Assembly (NCBI GenBank): GCA_951406725.2
Contig: OX597823.1
Span: 87,048,001 to 87,112,000 of the forward strand
Source of the DNA: Octopus vulgaris
Lineage: Eukaryota
Reading direction: 5' to 3'
DNA length: 64,000 nt
The notes below the pieces were generated by a model. That model did not search any database. It was not told where the DNA came from and saw nothing but the letters and a program-made list of their open reading frames with translations. Below, in pieces: positions 13,481-26,729 of the stretch (its first letter is position 1; each line of letters opens with the position of its first letter). The position numbers were made by a program, and so were the translations under genes.

Positions 13481-14338
13481 ATATATATATATATATATAT
13501 GGATGGAGCGATGTATGTATATGTGTGAGTATTTGTGTACGGATAAATATACATATATATACACACACATATGTATGTATATATATATATATATGTGTGC
13601 ATATATATCTGTATATATATATATGTTTGTATATATATGTATATATGTATATGTGTATATATATATATACACACACACATATATATCGTTTCATATAGTG
13701 AGATACAATGTAAATGCCGATAAGTGTGTGTGTGAATGCGAGTGTGTATGTTACTATGTATGTCATTAGCTGTCGTATGATTTTTTTCTTTCTCATAACG
13801 AAAAAAAAATGTATTTTTTAATAAAATCTGTACAAAACTGGCAAATAAAAAAGCGACAATGTAGAAAAAAAACAATAACATCAACCACAGCATGAAGAAC
13901 AACACTATAATGAACGTCAACAACAAAAATAACATCGTTTATAAGTGAAAGGTAAATTACAAGTTACATATTTTTTACACAAAACCTGGCAATTAATTAT
14001 GTGTCCCCAAACGATAGAATCCCACTGATATCCTCGATGCATCTGCCAAAATCTTATAACATCTCCAACACCCCCACCTCTCCATATATCACCAGCGCCT
14101 CCGCCACCACTCACATTAAGAGCATGATGATGATGATGATGATGATGATGATGCAGCTGGTGCTGAAGATGGTAATGAAGATGATGATGTTGATGATGAT
14201 GATGATGATCATCATCATCATTATCATCATTATTGTCCTCATCATGTTCATCGTCATCGTTATCGTTGCAGACATCTTTATCATACCATTACCCTCATCG
14301 TCGTCGTCGTCGACGCCCCTACTTCTCTACTTCCCCCT

Positions 14339-14398
14339 CCGCCTTCCCCGCCTGCTCCGCCTTCCCCGCCTGCTCCGCCTTCCCCGCCTGCTCCGCCT
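14339..14398. repeat. 18-bp GC-rich tandem repeat (ccgccttccccgcctgct) x3.3 within (GAT)/(CAT)/(CGT) low complexity 14120-14550
   Basis: Direct reading. Confidence 0.9.
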
Positions 14399-14587
14399 CG
14401 TCTTCATCATCCAGCTCCCCCTCCTCGTCCTCCTCGCTTTCCTAAACATTATCATCATGATCGTCGTCTCTGATAGCATCGTAGTCGCCGCTGCCGTCAC
14501 CGTCGTCATAGTCGTCGTCGTCGTCATCAGCGCTGTATTCATAGTCATTGTCAAGGAAACAAGAAAAAGGCTCTTGACGTAAATAAG

Positions 14588-15325
14588 TATTTCAATTTTT
14601 TGCCACAAGCGCAGTTTGAGGGAGGAGGAGATGAGTAGATTAGATCGATCCCCAGTGCTCAACTGGTAATTATTTTATCAATTCTGAAAGGTTGAAAGGA
14701 AAACCGACCTCGGCGGAATTTGAACTCATTTTAAATTGATATTTTCTACTCAAGGCACACGGCCCGAAATATTGTGGTAGGGGCCAGTCGATTAGATCGA
14801 CCGCAGTACGAAACTAGTATTTAATTTATGGACCCAGAAAGGATAAAAGGGCAAAGTCTACCTCGGCGGAATTTGAACTCAGGGCGTAGCGGCACACAAA
14901 ATACCGCTAAGCGTTTCGGCCAGCGTGCTAACGATTCTTTTCTAGTCTAGGAAATTTTGGGCGATGGGGCTAGTCAATTAGATCGACACCAGTATGCAAC
15001 ATGTACTTTATTTAACGGCTCTGAAAGGATGAAAGGCAAAGTCGACCTCGGCGGAATTCGAACTCAGAACGTAACGGCAGACGAAATACCTATTTCTATT
15101 TCTTTACTACCCACAAGGTGCTAAACACAGAGAAGACAAACAAGGCAGACAAACGGATTAAGTCGATTATATTGACCCCAGTGCGTAACTGTTACTTATT
15201 TAATCGACCCCGAAAGGATGAAAGGCAAAATCGACTTCGGTGGAATTTGAACTCAGAACGTAAGGGCAGACGAAATACCGCTAAGCATTTCGCCGGGCTA
15301 AAGATTCTGCAAGCACACCGCCTTT
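14588..15325 (-). mobile_element. Cluster of tandem SINE family A copies
   Basis: Four repeats of gac(c/t)tcgg(c/t)ggaatt(t/c)gaactca; tail 1 reversed at 15090-15165. Confidence 0.88.
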
Positions 15326-15344
15326 GTTGATGTAACTAATTATT

Positions 15345-15810
15345 TCAAGTTTTGGCAAAAGAGCAACAAGTTCAGAAGAGCTGGTAAGTTGATTACATCG
15401 AACGAAGTGTTCAACAGATATTTATTTTATCGAGCTGAAGGCGGCGAGCTGGCAGAAACGTTAGCACGCCGGGCGAAATGCTTAGCAGTATTTCGTCTGC
15501 GTTACGTTGTGAGTTCAAATTCCGCCGAGGTCGACTTTGCCTTTCATCCTTTCGGGGTCGATAAATTAAGTACCAGTTACGCACTGGGGTCGATTTAATC
15601 GACTTAATACCTATGTCTGTCCTTGTTTGTCCCCTCTGTGTTTAGCCCCTTGTGGGTAATAAAGAAATAGGTATTTATTTTATCGAGCTCGAGAAGATGA
15701 AAAGCAAAGTCGAGTCGGCAGAATTTGAACTCAGAACATAAAGACTAGCAGCAACATGCCGTTAAGTATTTTGCCCAGCGTAATATTGGTTCTGCATGTT
15801 CGCCGACTTC
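15345..15810 (-). mobile_element. Old SINE family A copy split by a younger insertion
   Basis: Reverse-strand family A sequence continues on both sides of 15437-15671. Confidence 0.75.
15437..15671 (+). mobile_element. Full-length SINE family A with 18-bp target site duplication
   Basis: tatttattttatcgagct at 15419-15436 and 15672-15689. Confidence 0.95.
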
Positions 15811-16079
15811 GTTCATGTAGATATTGAAATCATACACATAAAAATTAACACCCGTTTGAAGATAATGTGTGACAGAATAGAAACGGCGTAGTATCACCAA
15901 AGACGCCCTGTTTGTGCACGCGCGTTTGTGTGTAACTGAGTATGTAGTTTAATAAGGATACATATTGCAACAAGCAATTATGTAATGCTGGCAGTTAATT
16001 TAACGAAACGCGTGTATGTCTTATAAAGCATAAAATATACTCTGTTTTCCGTATTTCATTAATACTATAAAAGTGTGTC

Positions 16080-16480
16080 AAGGCAGCGACCTGGCAGAAT
16101 AGTTAGCACGACGGGCGAAATGCTTAGCAGTATTTTATCTGACTTTACGTTCTGAGTTCAAATTCCGCCGAGGTCGACTTTGCCTTTCATCCTTTCGGGG
16201 TCGAAAAATTAAGTACCAGTTACGCACTGGGGTCGTTGTTATCGACTTAATCCGTTTGTCTGTCCTTGTTTGTCCTTTCTGTGTTTTTAGCCCCTTGTGG
16301 GTAGTAAAGAAATAGGTATTTCGTTTGTCGTTATGTTCTGAGCTCAAATTCCGCCGAGGTCGACTTTGCTTTTCATCCTTTCGGGATCGATAAATTACGT
16401 ACCAGTTGCGTACTAGGGTCGATCTAATCGACTGGCCCCTTCCTCATAAAAAATCGGTCCTTGTGCCTAGAGTAGAAAAG
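16080..16480 (+). mobile_element. SINE family A dimer (head-body-tail1-body-tail2)
   Basis: Body repeated after aaagaaatag|gtatttcg junction near 16315. Confidence 0.9.
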
Positions 16481-16747
16481 AATATTATAAAAGTGTGTGT
16501 TAAATAAATTGAGACAACAACTCTAAGGTACTGTGAAATTTCTAGAACATTATATAAAGAGAAAGCTGTTTCACGGATATAAAAGATGTCCCATCATCAG
16601 AGACGATATGTGAGATTTAGATAGAACGAAATAGTCGAACTTATCTTGGAAAGGGGGAGATGTAGGAATATAAAAGGTAAAACATTTCAAAAACATTTTA
16701 TCAGTGACCAGCATACCAAAAGACCTCATAAGGTGAAAATTACAATC

Positions 16748-16868
16748 AATTATAAATAAGGGCAAAGGAAAAAAAATTTTCTCTGCCAATATTCTGAAAA
16801 ACAGACTTTAGACTTTTTCTCGGAATATTGGTAAAGAATTTTTTTTTCTTTTGCCCTTATTTATAATT
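16748..16868. repeat. ~120-bp foldback (two ~54-bp inverted arms), MITE-like
   Basis: aattataaataagggcaaa...ccaatattc / gaatattgg...tttgcccttatttataatt. Confidence 0.8.
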
Positions 16869-17064
16869 TTATAGATATAGTTCACTGTTCTATTGTAGGT
16901 AGGAAATCAACAGGAAAATTATTTCATCCTTGAGAGATAAATATCTCTTAATGACCGAATAAGATCGGCAGATTTATATAACCTCCTTTGCGTCTCCAAT
17001 AAATTTTAACCATGTTTTTATAGCAAGGAACTATTAGTGTCTCTTATTATACTACTGCGTACAT

Positions 17065-17416
17065 TAAATTTTGTGGGAGGGGCAGTCGATTAGATCGACC
17101 CCAGTACACAACTGGAACTTAATTCATCGATCCCGGAAGGATGAAAGGTAAAGACGACCTCGGTGGAATTTGAACTCAGAACGTAGTGGCAGACGAAATA
17201 CCTATTTCTTTACTGCCCACAAGGGGCTAAACACAGAGAGGACAAACAAGGACAGACAAACGGATTAAGTCGATTATATCGACCCCAGTGCGTAACTGGT
17301 AACTTATTTTATCGACCCCGAAATGATGAAAGGCAAAGTCGACCTCGGCTGAATTTGAACTCAGAACGTAATGGCAGACGAAATACCGCTAAGCGTTTCT
17401 GCCACCTCGCTGCCTT
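17065..17416 (-). mobile_element. SINE family A dimer
   Basis: Reverse-strand head-body-tail1-body-tail structure. Confidence 0.9.
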
Positions 17417-18658
17417 CGGACAAGCGAAAGAATGTGATATTCAACACATTTCGTAGCAGTGTATTTATAAATAAAGCCAACATATAATAAACAAAAACAG
17501 TCGCAATGTTTAAGAAATGAATAGGAAACATTAATACAGAAAGGAAACAGCAAAGAAAAGTGAAAAATTTTAATGAAATATTGTAATAAGGAACGAAAGA
17601 CAAGGTTTGAGAAATACAGACTGAAGGGAAAATGGATGATAAAAATACGAATGAGAAGATCAAGATAAGATATAGATGCAAATCTTCACGCAATTGTAAT
17701 ACCAGGCAATTTAATAATAATGAAAGTGTCTTTTAATGTAATGGAGAGTCTCAAAGAATTCCTAAATATCATTGAATATAATATTGAATAAGTCAACAAT
17801 GGAGAGAACGGAATCACCAACGAAACTGAGATAAAGACAATTTAAACGGCTTACATTGGTAAGAAATATCTGTCACAACAGCTTGATATTATGGATTACA
17901 AACGAATCTTAAGAATAGAATACAATGACTGTGTATGAAAGCTGAGATATACCAACAAAAAAATGTGACCAAATTAATACAGCTATGAAGGAGATGGCTT
18001 GTTCGTGATCATACGACCAACTACAAATATCAGCAAATATCCTACGAAGCTGTACAATACTACCTTAAATAAAATAAAGGATATGTTCGATGTTGTTATA
18101 TACTGCCATCGAAAACTACGAAATATCTAAAGCCGGCACGCTTTGCCAAGCGATAACTTATTAAGCAATAACGTTACAGGGCAAAAATTCTGGCTAAAAA
18201 GATGCATAGAGAGATCCTTGAAATGGTATTTGGCAGCCTATGAGACCACAAATAGCACTAAGTCCATTATTTGAAGTCATGAAGAATGTCTGTTTGAAAT
18301 AAATTTAAGAAATATTACATGGCTTTTATTTTCTTCCGACTGTAAAGCATTTACTTTGCTGATGTTTAGATCCATACAACCAAGATTAAAGAAGCCCATG
18401 TTTTAGAGGTCCGCTTATAAAATCCATGATGATCATCCGATTTTACTTTCAGACAAAGTATCTAGTAGTGTTATCTAAATTGTTGTTTTCCTATGTGTGT
18501 GAAAGGAAATTCAGTGAATTTTTCTTGAAGTTTTAGCAACCATATAAGAGATCCTTGTTTGCCTCGCAACAATTTGATACAGCCCAAAGGTTCGATATAT
18601 TGATTCTGCAAACCAACACACAAAGCCCAAAGATAGATAATAATATATTAATAAAGAT

Positions 18659-19270
18659 AAAGGTTGTGAGCTGGCAGAACCGATAGCACACCGGGCGAAA
18701 TGCTTAGTGGTATTTCATCTGCCCTTACGTTCTGAGTTCAAATTCCGCCGAGGTCGACCTTGCCTTTCATCTTTTTGGGGTCGATTAAATAAGTACCAGT
18801 TATGCATTGGAGTCGATATAATCGACCAAATCCATTTGTCTGTCCGTGTTTGTCCTCTCTGTGCTTAGACCTATGTGGGTAGTAAAGAAATAGGTATTTC
18901 GCCTTCCGTTTCGTTCTGAGTTCAAATTCCGGCGAGGTCGACTTTGCCTTTCATCCTTTCGGGGTCGATTAAATAAGTACCAGTTACGCACTGGGGTCGA
19001 TATAATCGACTTAATCCCTTTGTCTGTCCTTGTTTGTCCCCTCTGTGTGTAGCCCCTTGTAGGCAGTAAAGAAATAAGAATCGTTAGCACGCCGGACAAT
19101 ATGCTTGGCGATAGTTCGTCCGTCTTTCTGTTCTGAATTCAAATTCCGCTAAGCTCGACTTTACCTTTCATTCTTTAGGGGTCGATAAAAAAGTACCAGT
19201 TGAGCACTGGGATTGGTGTAATCAGCTTACCTCTCCCACGAAATTGCTGGCCTTGGGCCAAAATTTGAAT
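18659..19270 (+). mobile_element. SINE family A trimer (head-body-tail1-body-tail1-partial head-body-tail)
   Basis: Three bodies; junctions gaaatag|gtatttcg (~18893) and gaaataa|gaatcgttagc (~19077). Confidence 0.9.
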
Positions 19271-19599
19271 GCATATATTAGTAAAGCCAGTTGACACAAT
19301 AAGCCCATAGCTGGATGTTATTTCTGTTGCTTTATTAAGCACAGAGTGACGTAAAGTAAATTTGAAACCTGCGCAATCTTAGCTCAGGACATAAAGTAGA
19401 CAAATGATTATTCGTGTATATTCGTACTCATATGTCCTCGGACGTAAAAAAGATAATACTCACCACCAGGGTAGGACTATGGCCCCTCAGTTCAGAAGTT
19501 CCCTTCAGATTGTTTCTTAGGCAGATCTTCCATTCATCTTTGCCTTGTTAGACCTGTCACCATATTACTTCACTATCTTCGCTATCTTACACATTGTTG

Positions 19600-19728
19600 C
19601 TAAGAAACTGGGGCAATGTGGAATGAAGTGTCTTGTTGAAGCGTGCAACGCATTGCTCGGTTCAGGAATGAAACTACATTCTTCCTATCGTGATTGCAAC
19701 ACCTTTATAAGTAGGCCACATTCCTTCA
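19600..19728 (-). mobile_element. Degraded SINE family D 5' part
   Basis: gaaactgg..caatgtggaatgaagtgtcttgttgaag is the reverse of the family D centre. Confidence 0.5.
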
Positions 19729-20080
19729 ACTACATTAAGTTGCAGATAGTAAATGGAGTTTTATTAGGAAATACAAAGGTGGTTTTTCGCGGCCCTCCGC
19801 GGGAGACGTGATTTGTTGGAATATGCCATCGTGTTAGATGTAGCCATGGTCAGTTCTGAAATAATGAAAGTGTGCGTGTGTGTGTGTGTGTGTAAGAGAG
19901 AGAGTGAGAGAGAGAGAGAGAGAGAGGGAAAGAAAGGGAGAGAGAAGAGAGAGGAGAAAGAGAAAGAATGGAAGAGAGAAATGGAGATTGCTGTATATTT
20001 ATGGTTGTCTATCGAATTCGAAATTATAAAGAGGCAAATGTTTGAACTCAGAGATCACAGTGCTTGATAGTCATATATAC

Positions 20081-20297
20081 AAGGCGGCGAGCTGGCAGAA
20101 CCGTTAGCAGGCCAGGCGAAATGCGTAGCCGTTTTTCGTTTGCCGTTACGTTCTGAGTTCAAATTCCGCCGAGATCGACTTTCGGGGTCGATAAAATAAG
20201 TACCAGTTACGCACTGGGGTCGATGTAATCGACTTAATTCGTTTGTTTGTCCTTGTTTGTCCCTGCTATGTTTAGCCCCTTGTGGGTAATAAAGAAA
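20081..20297 (+). mobile_element. SINE family A, tail type 1, small internal deletion
   Basis: Head through aaagaaa tail. Confidence 0.9.
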
Positions 20298-21049
20298 CAT
20301 ATACAATAGTCCTGTATCCATTATACTAACAACTCCGTCTCTTTTTCCGTTTTATTGTCCATGATGGTCTATTTTATCCAATGCATCCTACTTTTCCTTG
20401 AAAGGTTGTTTTTGAGGAAGATCTAATCCAAACCATAATTTAGGTTTCGTGTTAAACACTGGCAGGATTTCTACCCGTAAAATTAATGGTCGTCAAACAA
20501 CTTAAAAAAAAAAAATAACCGAAATTTTTCTGGAGATGATAAGTTAGTAGTTAGCATTTCACTTTCAATGTAATTATTCCACTTAGATTGTAATACAGGA
20601 CTCCAACACCCTAAACTCTTAACCATGTGCCTCCAACTGCTCGTAAGTATTTGAATATACATATTTGTAAGCGTATTCACATGAATTCGTATCGCAACTA
20701 GGTGAGTGACACAGCTACACTGGAAGTGCAATCTATCCAAGAATGGTGAATTTCTACGCAATCTATTATGGCTTTCATAATTTCTAAATCTTAAAACCGT
20801 CACATTTACTTACCTAAATTTTATCTTCTAACATCAAAACAAGTGATGTATTAAAATTTATAGTTCATCTTTCTGTACCCCTAGGTTAAACTGATAAAAG
20901 AAATTGCCGATGAATCGAAAAAGTATTGAATTATAGAGAAGGAAGTGGTGTAGTAAAAGTGAGACGAGAAGTGAGACAGAGATAAGACACATAAATGGAT
21001 AAAGAGAAGCTAATAGAGAAAGTGGATAGGCAAATATATAGATTAAATA

Positions 21050-21058
21050 GACAAATAG

Positions 21059-21107
<49 letters not shown>

Positions 21108-21110
21108 AAG

Positions 21111-21194
<84 letters not shown>

Positions 21195-21195
21195 C
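21050..21195. repeat. (GATA)n/(GA)n microsatellite
   Basis: Direct reading. Confidence 0.95.
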
Positions 21196-21578
21196 GATAA
21201 AGAAGACGGCATAGGGTGAAAGAGGGGAAAGAGAAGTACTTTGTATCTTCCAGAAAAGTCATGAAATACTTTTACTGAATTATTCCAGGCAAAAATAGTT
21301 TATAATTCCTATAAAACATCAAAGAATATAACGCTTGTGACAAAAGGATTTCAAAATAATTATCAAGCATACGACATGATATCACTTTGCTAGTATCAAT
21401 GAAGGAAATGTTTGAGGGAAGAGAAAGAAATCTACTATTTGATACAGGTATTTTAATATTATTAACACTAGAAGGTATAAAAGAACACTAAATGCACTTC
21501 AAACATACGATGGCCTATCCCATTAATAAATTCACATTTTTGCCAATTGCTGGAAAGAATGGTGACATATATGAAAGT

Positions 21579-21674
21579 AGAAGAAGAAGAAGAAGAAGAA
21601 GAAGAAGAAGAAGAAGAAGAAGAAGAAGAAGAAGAAGAAGAAGAAGAAGAAGAAGAAGAAGAAGAAGAAGAAGA
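21579..21674. repeat. Pure (GAA)n tract
   Basis: Direct reading. Confidence 0.95.
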
Positions 21675-22030
21675 AACAGATTATTTTCGAAATTAGTTTT
21701 TCTCTTTTTATCAAATATGGTATTCATACATTGTCGTATAAATGTCTATTTTAAAAGTCGTATTAAAGAAATATCGAACAAAAAGTGAGTGGATTTGGTA
21801 GACGGAAACTGAAAGAATACTTTTGAATTATATATATATATATTCATATATATGTGGGGGGTGTACTGTCAATTCAACGAACAAACGATTCAAAAATCGA
21901 ATACAAAACGAAAAGAGAAAAAAGAGATAAAAAAAAGGTGAGGACGTGCGCCAGAATTATATTAGTTTGACGATCGGTGAAAGGAGAGAGTTTATGAACA
22001 CATACACACACAGACTCACGCATATGGATG

Positions 22031-22079
<49 letters not shown>

Positions 22080-22216
22080 CTAGGAAATATATAAAATTAA
22101 ATGGATAGCTTATTAGCAATTTCAACGTAAAGTTATTGTGCACCGCTTCTTGTAATAACAAATATGTATGTATTTCTCTCTCTCTCTTTTCTGTCTGTCT
22201 GTCTCTCTCTCTCTCC

Positions 22217-22251
<35 letters not shown>

Positions 22252-22523
22252 GATCACGTGATCACGTGACCGACCAGACCATCAGATGTTGTTACACATC
22301 GCTGGTCACAATGCGTTCGCATTGTTTTAGCCTTTGAATGACGCCACCCCGCTGGCTAAGCGAGCAGGCCAACAGAAGAAAGAGTGGGAGAAAGAGTGGT
22401 GAAAGAGTACAGCAGGGATCACCACCTCCTGCCGGAGCGACGTGGAGGTTTTAGGTGTTTTCGCTCAATAAACACTCACAACGACCGCGAGCCCGCTGCC
22501 CTAACCACTGGGCCATTGCGCCT

Positions 22524-22526
<3 letters not shown>
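22252..22526 (-). mobile_element. SINE family E (tRNA-like head tggaggcgcaatggcccagtgg; B-box region deleted in this copy; tail ends in cacgtgat repeats)
   Basis: Head and body match 47306-47500; A-box TGGCCCAGTGG. Confidence 0.8.
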
Positions 22527-22572
<46 letters not shown>

Positions 22573-22855
22573 ATTACGCTCAGAAACGGTGCATTGTACT
22601 GGAATTTTCGATTCGTGTCAAATATAACACACTACCTAAATCGTGCAAGTGGAGCCAGGATCGAGCAGTTTGTATAGGCGTCGATTCGTGTTAGTTGTAA
22701 TAATGAATACTTTTGAAAGGATTTCACTGAGGAAGATTTACGTAATAGATGCACTTTCAATTATATATTACGCAAACGTGAAACGTACGCATTAAACTAT
22801 ATGAACATATCTCCATACGGTGTAACATCTTTATTACATCTCTATTTGTGTCTGA

Positions 22856-22901
<46 letters not shown>

Positions 22902-22903
<2 letters not shown>

Positions 22904-23011
22904 GACGGGCTTCTTTCAGTTTCCGTCTACCAAATCCACTTACAAGGCTTTGGTCGTCCTTAGGTTATATCACAAGGAACTTGCCCAAGGTGCCACGCAG
23001 TTAGATTGAAC
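22902..23011 (-). mobile_element. SINE family B fragment
   Basis: acgacgggcttctttcagtttccgtctacc...cccaaggtgccacgcag. Confidence 0.8.
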
Positions 23012-23069
<58 letters not shown>

Positions 23070-23096
23070 TACTTACACACACACTTATATATGTAC

Positions 23097-23142
<46 letters not shown>

Positions 23143-23146
<4 letters not shown>

Positions 23147-23407
23147 ATATTTCGGAATGGTCATTTTGCCAGTTTAGCCAATAAAAACACACGCACTATA
23201 TATTTGGTGTTACTTTGCTTCAGTGTTATTTATTTTTTACATTAATCTTAATCTTATTTCGGCCAGAGTTCTTTCGTCACACTCCTGTGACCGCATCAGT
23301 GGTCCTTTGTTTTCTTCTCACTTATTTGTGTCTCTCCTTACTAACCGTCAGCCATTTTGTATTTCTCATTGGCTAAACTGGCAAAATGTCCATTCCGAAA
23401 TATAACA
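23143..23407 (-). mobile_element. 265-bp TG...CA element with 40-bp terminal inverted repeats (solo-LTR-like or MITE) containing an HHR
   Basis: 23143-23182 vs 23368-23407 are 39/40 complementary; ATAT on both sides. Confidence 0.85.
23261..23304 (-). ncRNA. Type I hammerhead fold (A9C variant)
   Basis: GACCA CUGAUGC G GUCAC aggagu GUGAC GAAA GAAC UC UGGCC; predicted cut between 23266 and 23265. Confidence 0.65.
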
Positions 23408-23466
23408 ATATCTGTTTCAACACACGACTTCACATAAAAAAAATCTTGCACAACAAATATTTAAAC

Positions 23467-23513
<47 letters not shown>

Positions 23514-23959
23514 AAAAATGTGTGAGTGTGGGCCGGGGAATACCACGATTTACGTCGATAGTTGGTTGCAAGCCATGCGACTCGAACATCGATGTAATAC
23601 GAAAAAACTTTTTTAAAAATTTCTCAGCATTTACGTCTTAATAAATGGTATGAGCATATTTTTACATGTATTTGAGTTTCCACTGTAGATATAGTTCTAT
23701 GTTTTTATTTTATTATTTTTTTGTTTGTTTCTTTTTTATATATTGTTATGCTGCTAAATATCTCCGTTGAGAGCGACGAGTAAGCCGACAGAAATTGAGG
23801 TTAATTTCTTATAAGAAATAATACTGTGAAGTCAAAAAAGATGTCATTAGGAACTACATTGGTTGAGATGTGTCTGTATATATGTGTGTTTGTGTGTGAT
23901 TGTTTGTGTGTATATTGTATGTGATTGTTTGTGTGTGTGTGTAGTGTGCGTGTATGTGC

Positions 23960-24165
23960 TTGTGTTTGACCTCTCCCATACAGCTTGATAATCGGTGTTG
24001 GTGTTTTTATGTACCCCACAACTTAGAGATTCGACACAAGCGACCGATAAAATAAATACCAGACTATGTAAATAAAACAACTATTTGGCTCAATTGTTTC
24101 AACCAAGACCCTTCAAAACGGTGCCTACTCCAGCATGGCCGTAGTCCAGTGACTGAAAGAAGTTA
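23960..24165 (+). mobile_element. SINE family B 3' half (degraded)
   Basis: gcttgataatcggtgttggtg...ccagcatggccgtagtcc. Confidence 0.7.
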
Positions 24166-24629
24166 AAGGCAAAAACGATAAACAGAATATATTAAAAGAG
24201 TAGTGAGACTGAAAAAGTAGAGGCAGGCAAAGGCGAAGGTAATGTTGATGTATTCTGCTTGAAATGGTGATATTCGTGATAATACGAAGCGACGAATCGT
24301 AAAATGAAAGTAAAAGTGAAAGTAGATAAAACAATAAATATTGCACAGCTGTTTATTTTGTCACGTATAATAAGTATGTTAGATCAATACCGTTTATTAG
24401 CGACAATATTCAATATCCACATAAGGAATTAATTGATGTTATTCGGAAGAGGAAAAAATAAAAACACGATTAAATAGTAATAATCTTTCTTTATGTGCTA
24501 CTTAGGTTTAATTTAAAGATTTTCCAGCTGAACGCTAACACAAATATAGGCATAATAATAACATATAGTCATTTGGATAGATGGTTCAGCAAATAAACAG
24601 GAGACGGGCGGATATAAATATAAATAGAT

Positions 24630-24846
<217 letters not shown>

Positions 24847-24894
24847 AGTTATAGTATAGACTAGCAGAAGTGCTCGCGAAACCGTATATATATG

Positions 24895-24971
<77 letters not shown>

Positions 24972-25121
24972 ATATATATATATATATATATGTGTGTGTA
25001 TGTATGTATGTGTGTGTGTATGGGTGTGTATGTATAGGTTATATATATATATATGCATATATATATACATATATATATAATATATGTGTGCGTGTGTGTG
25101 TATGTTTGTATGTTTGTATAT

Positions 25122-26140
25122 ATTGGGCCCGCTCCTCTTTATAATTTACATAAACGACATTTCCAGCTTTGTAACTCACTGCAAAAGGAAAATATTTACT
25201 GATGACACTAAGCTCCAGAAAATTATCAATGAAGATGAAGAACGAACTCAACTCCAGTCTGATCTATATGCTGCGAGTCAATGGGCAGACAGAAACAAAA
25301 TGCAACTGAACGTGGGAAAATTTGAGCTGATGCATTTTGGAAAACAGCCATACTCTCTTCATTCAGGGGAACCGCTCACGGCATCTAACAATATCAGAGA
25401 CCTGTGCGTAATTGTTGATAACAATCTCAGTTGGAGTACTCACATCAACAAATAAGGGCGATATAGCTCGTAGGATGAGCTCCTGGATCTTATGAACCTT
25501 CCGGTCCAGAGAAAAAGGTGTCATCATTCCACTTTTCTCCTCCTTTGTACGGCCACACCTCGAATACTGCTGCCCCTTGTGGTCTCCCCATACAAAACAA
25601 AGCATCTTGAAAATTGAATCACCGCAATGGGCACTCACTAAACGAATTGAAGGCGTGACTGATCTCGATTACTGAGACCACCGTAAAGCCTTGAAACTCT
25701 ACTCCATCGAGCGTCGCCACGAGCGGTACATCATTTGAACGATATGGAGAATATACCGCCCGCATTGCTCAAACGACCTGAACATTAGTTTCAAGGCTGG
25801 GACCACAGGGCCATACGTCCCCTGCCCAATTCAGGATCACAATATATAGGTACACTGCGACACAATTTCTTTTTCTCAACAGACCCTGCCCAGTTTAACA
25901 TTGTCCCAAAACGGATCAAAGAGGAAAAGAATCCTATGACCTTTAAACGTAGTCTGGACAGATTTCTTCAAGGGATACCAGACAAGCTACCCATACCTGG
26001 ATACAACTCACTCAACAAGAACTCACTACTTGAATGAACTGTAAGCAAAACTTGACTTTAAAAGGATTTAGATAATTCTATCAGGTGGTACTATTAAGTT
26101 AGACATGGCCTGGACCAATGTTTGGTCGAAATATATCTAA
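25122..26140 (+). mobile_element. 5'-truncated CR1-type LINE, RT C-terminal half, stops and frameshifts
   Basis: [13 protein letters not shown]...IFTDDTKL...LQSDL....WAD.NKMQLN..K...MHFG; downstream FVRPHLEYCCPLWSPH....I..IES.Q. Confidence 0.9.
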
Positions 26141-26169
26141 GTTTTATATATAATATATATGTGTGTATG

Positions 26170-26220
<51 letters not shown>

Positions 26221-26729
26221 ACAAGTATTTATGCACATAAAAATTAATATGTACAAACACACATACAACAGAGATAAGATAGGCAGATAGATAGATTGAA
26301 TGATTGATTGATTGATTGATCGACTGTTCGATTATTTGTTTAATTCATTTGAAGACTTAATGATTGTTGTTCGGCAAATATCTTCGGTTTCTGATTTCTT
26401 GCCACCATAAATATCTACGAATTATATTCTGCTGTATCAGAAAGAACAGTAGGTCCTTCCAAGTTGACGAGTGAACTGAATGAGAGGAATAACAAACACA
26501 TATACACGTGATTGATAGCTAAAGCCTTTAACATTTGATTCGATGCGGTCTGTCACTAAACTTGATGATCAATCGACTTTATTGACTCTTACAAGCGATG
26601 TAAATACTTGTTGGTGGAAATTCTCCCTATTATCCTGGCATAAGGATTTGGGTGGAAGACTAGTGATTGCTCATGTAAGCGTGTGATCTTCATTGTAATC
26701 ACCAACAGTATATGTGTACAAGCCACATA

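Noticed and set aside
14588-19270. CRISPR-like recurrence of gaggtcgactttgcctttcatcc
   Set aside because: Irregular spacing, both strands, non-unique intervening sequence, no cas genes, eukaryotic context
20587-20706. Possible small exon with gtaagt/gtgagt donors
   Set aside because: Weak acceptor, no recognisable peptide
26108-26140. Hairpin plus GAAA at the CR1 3' end as a hammerhead
   Set aside because: No CUGANGA-like strand or stem I; better read as the LINE 3' stem-loop
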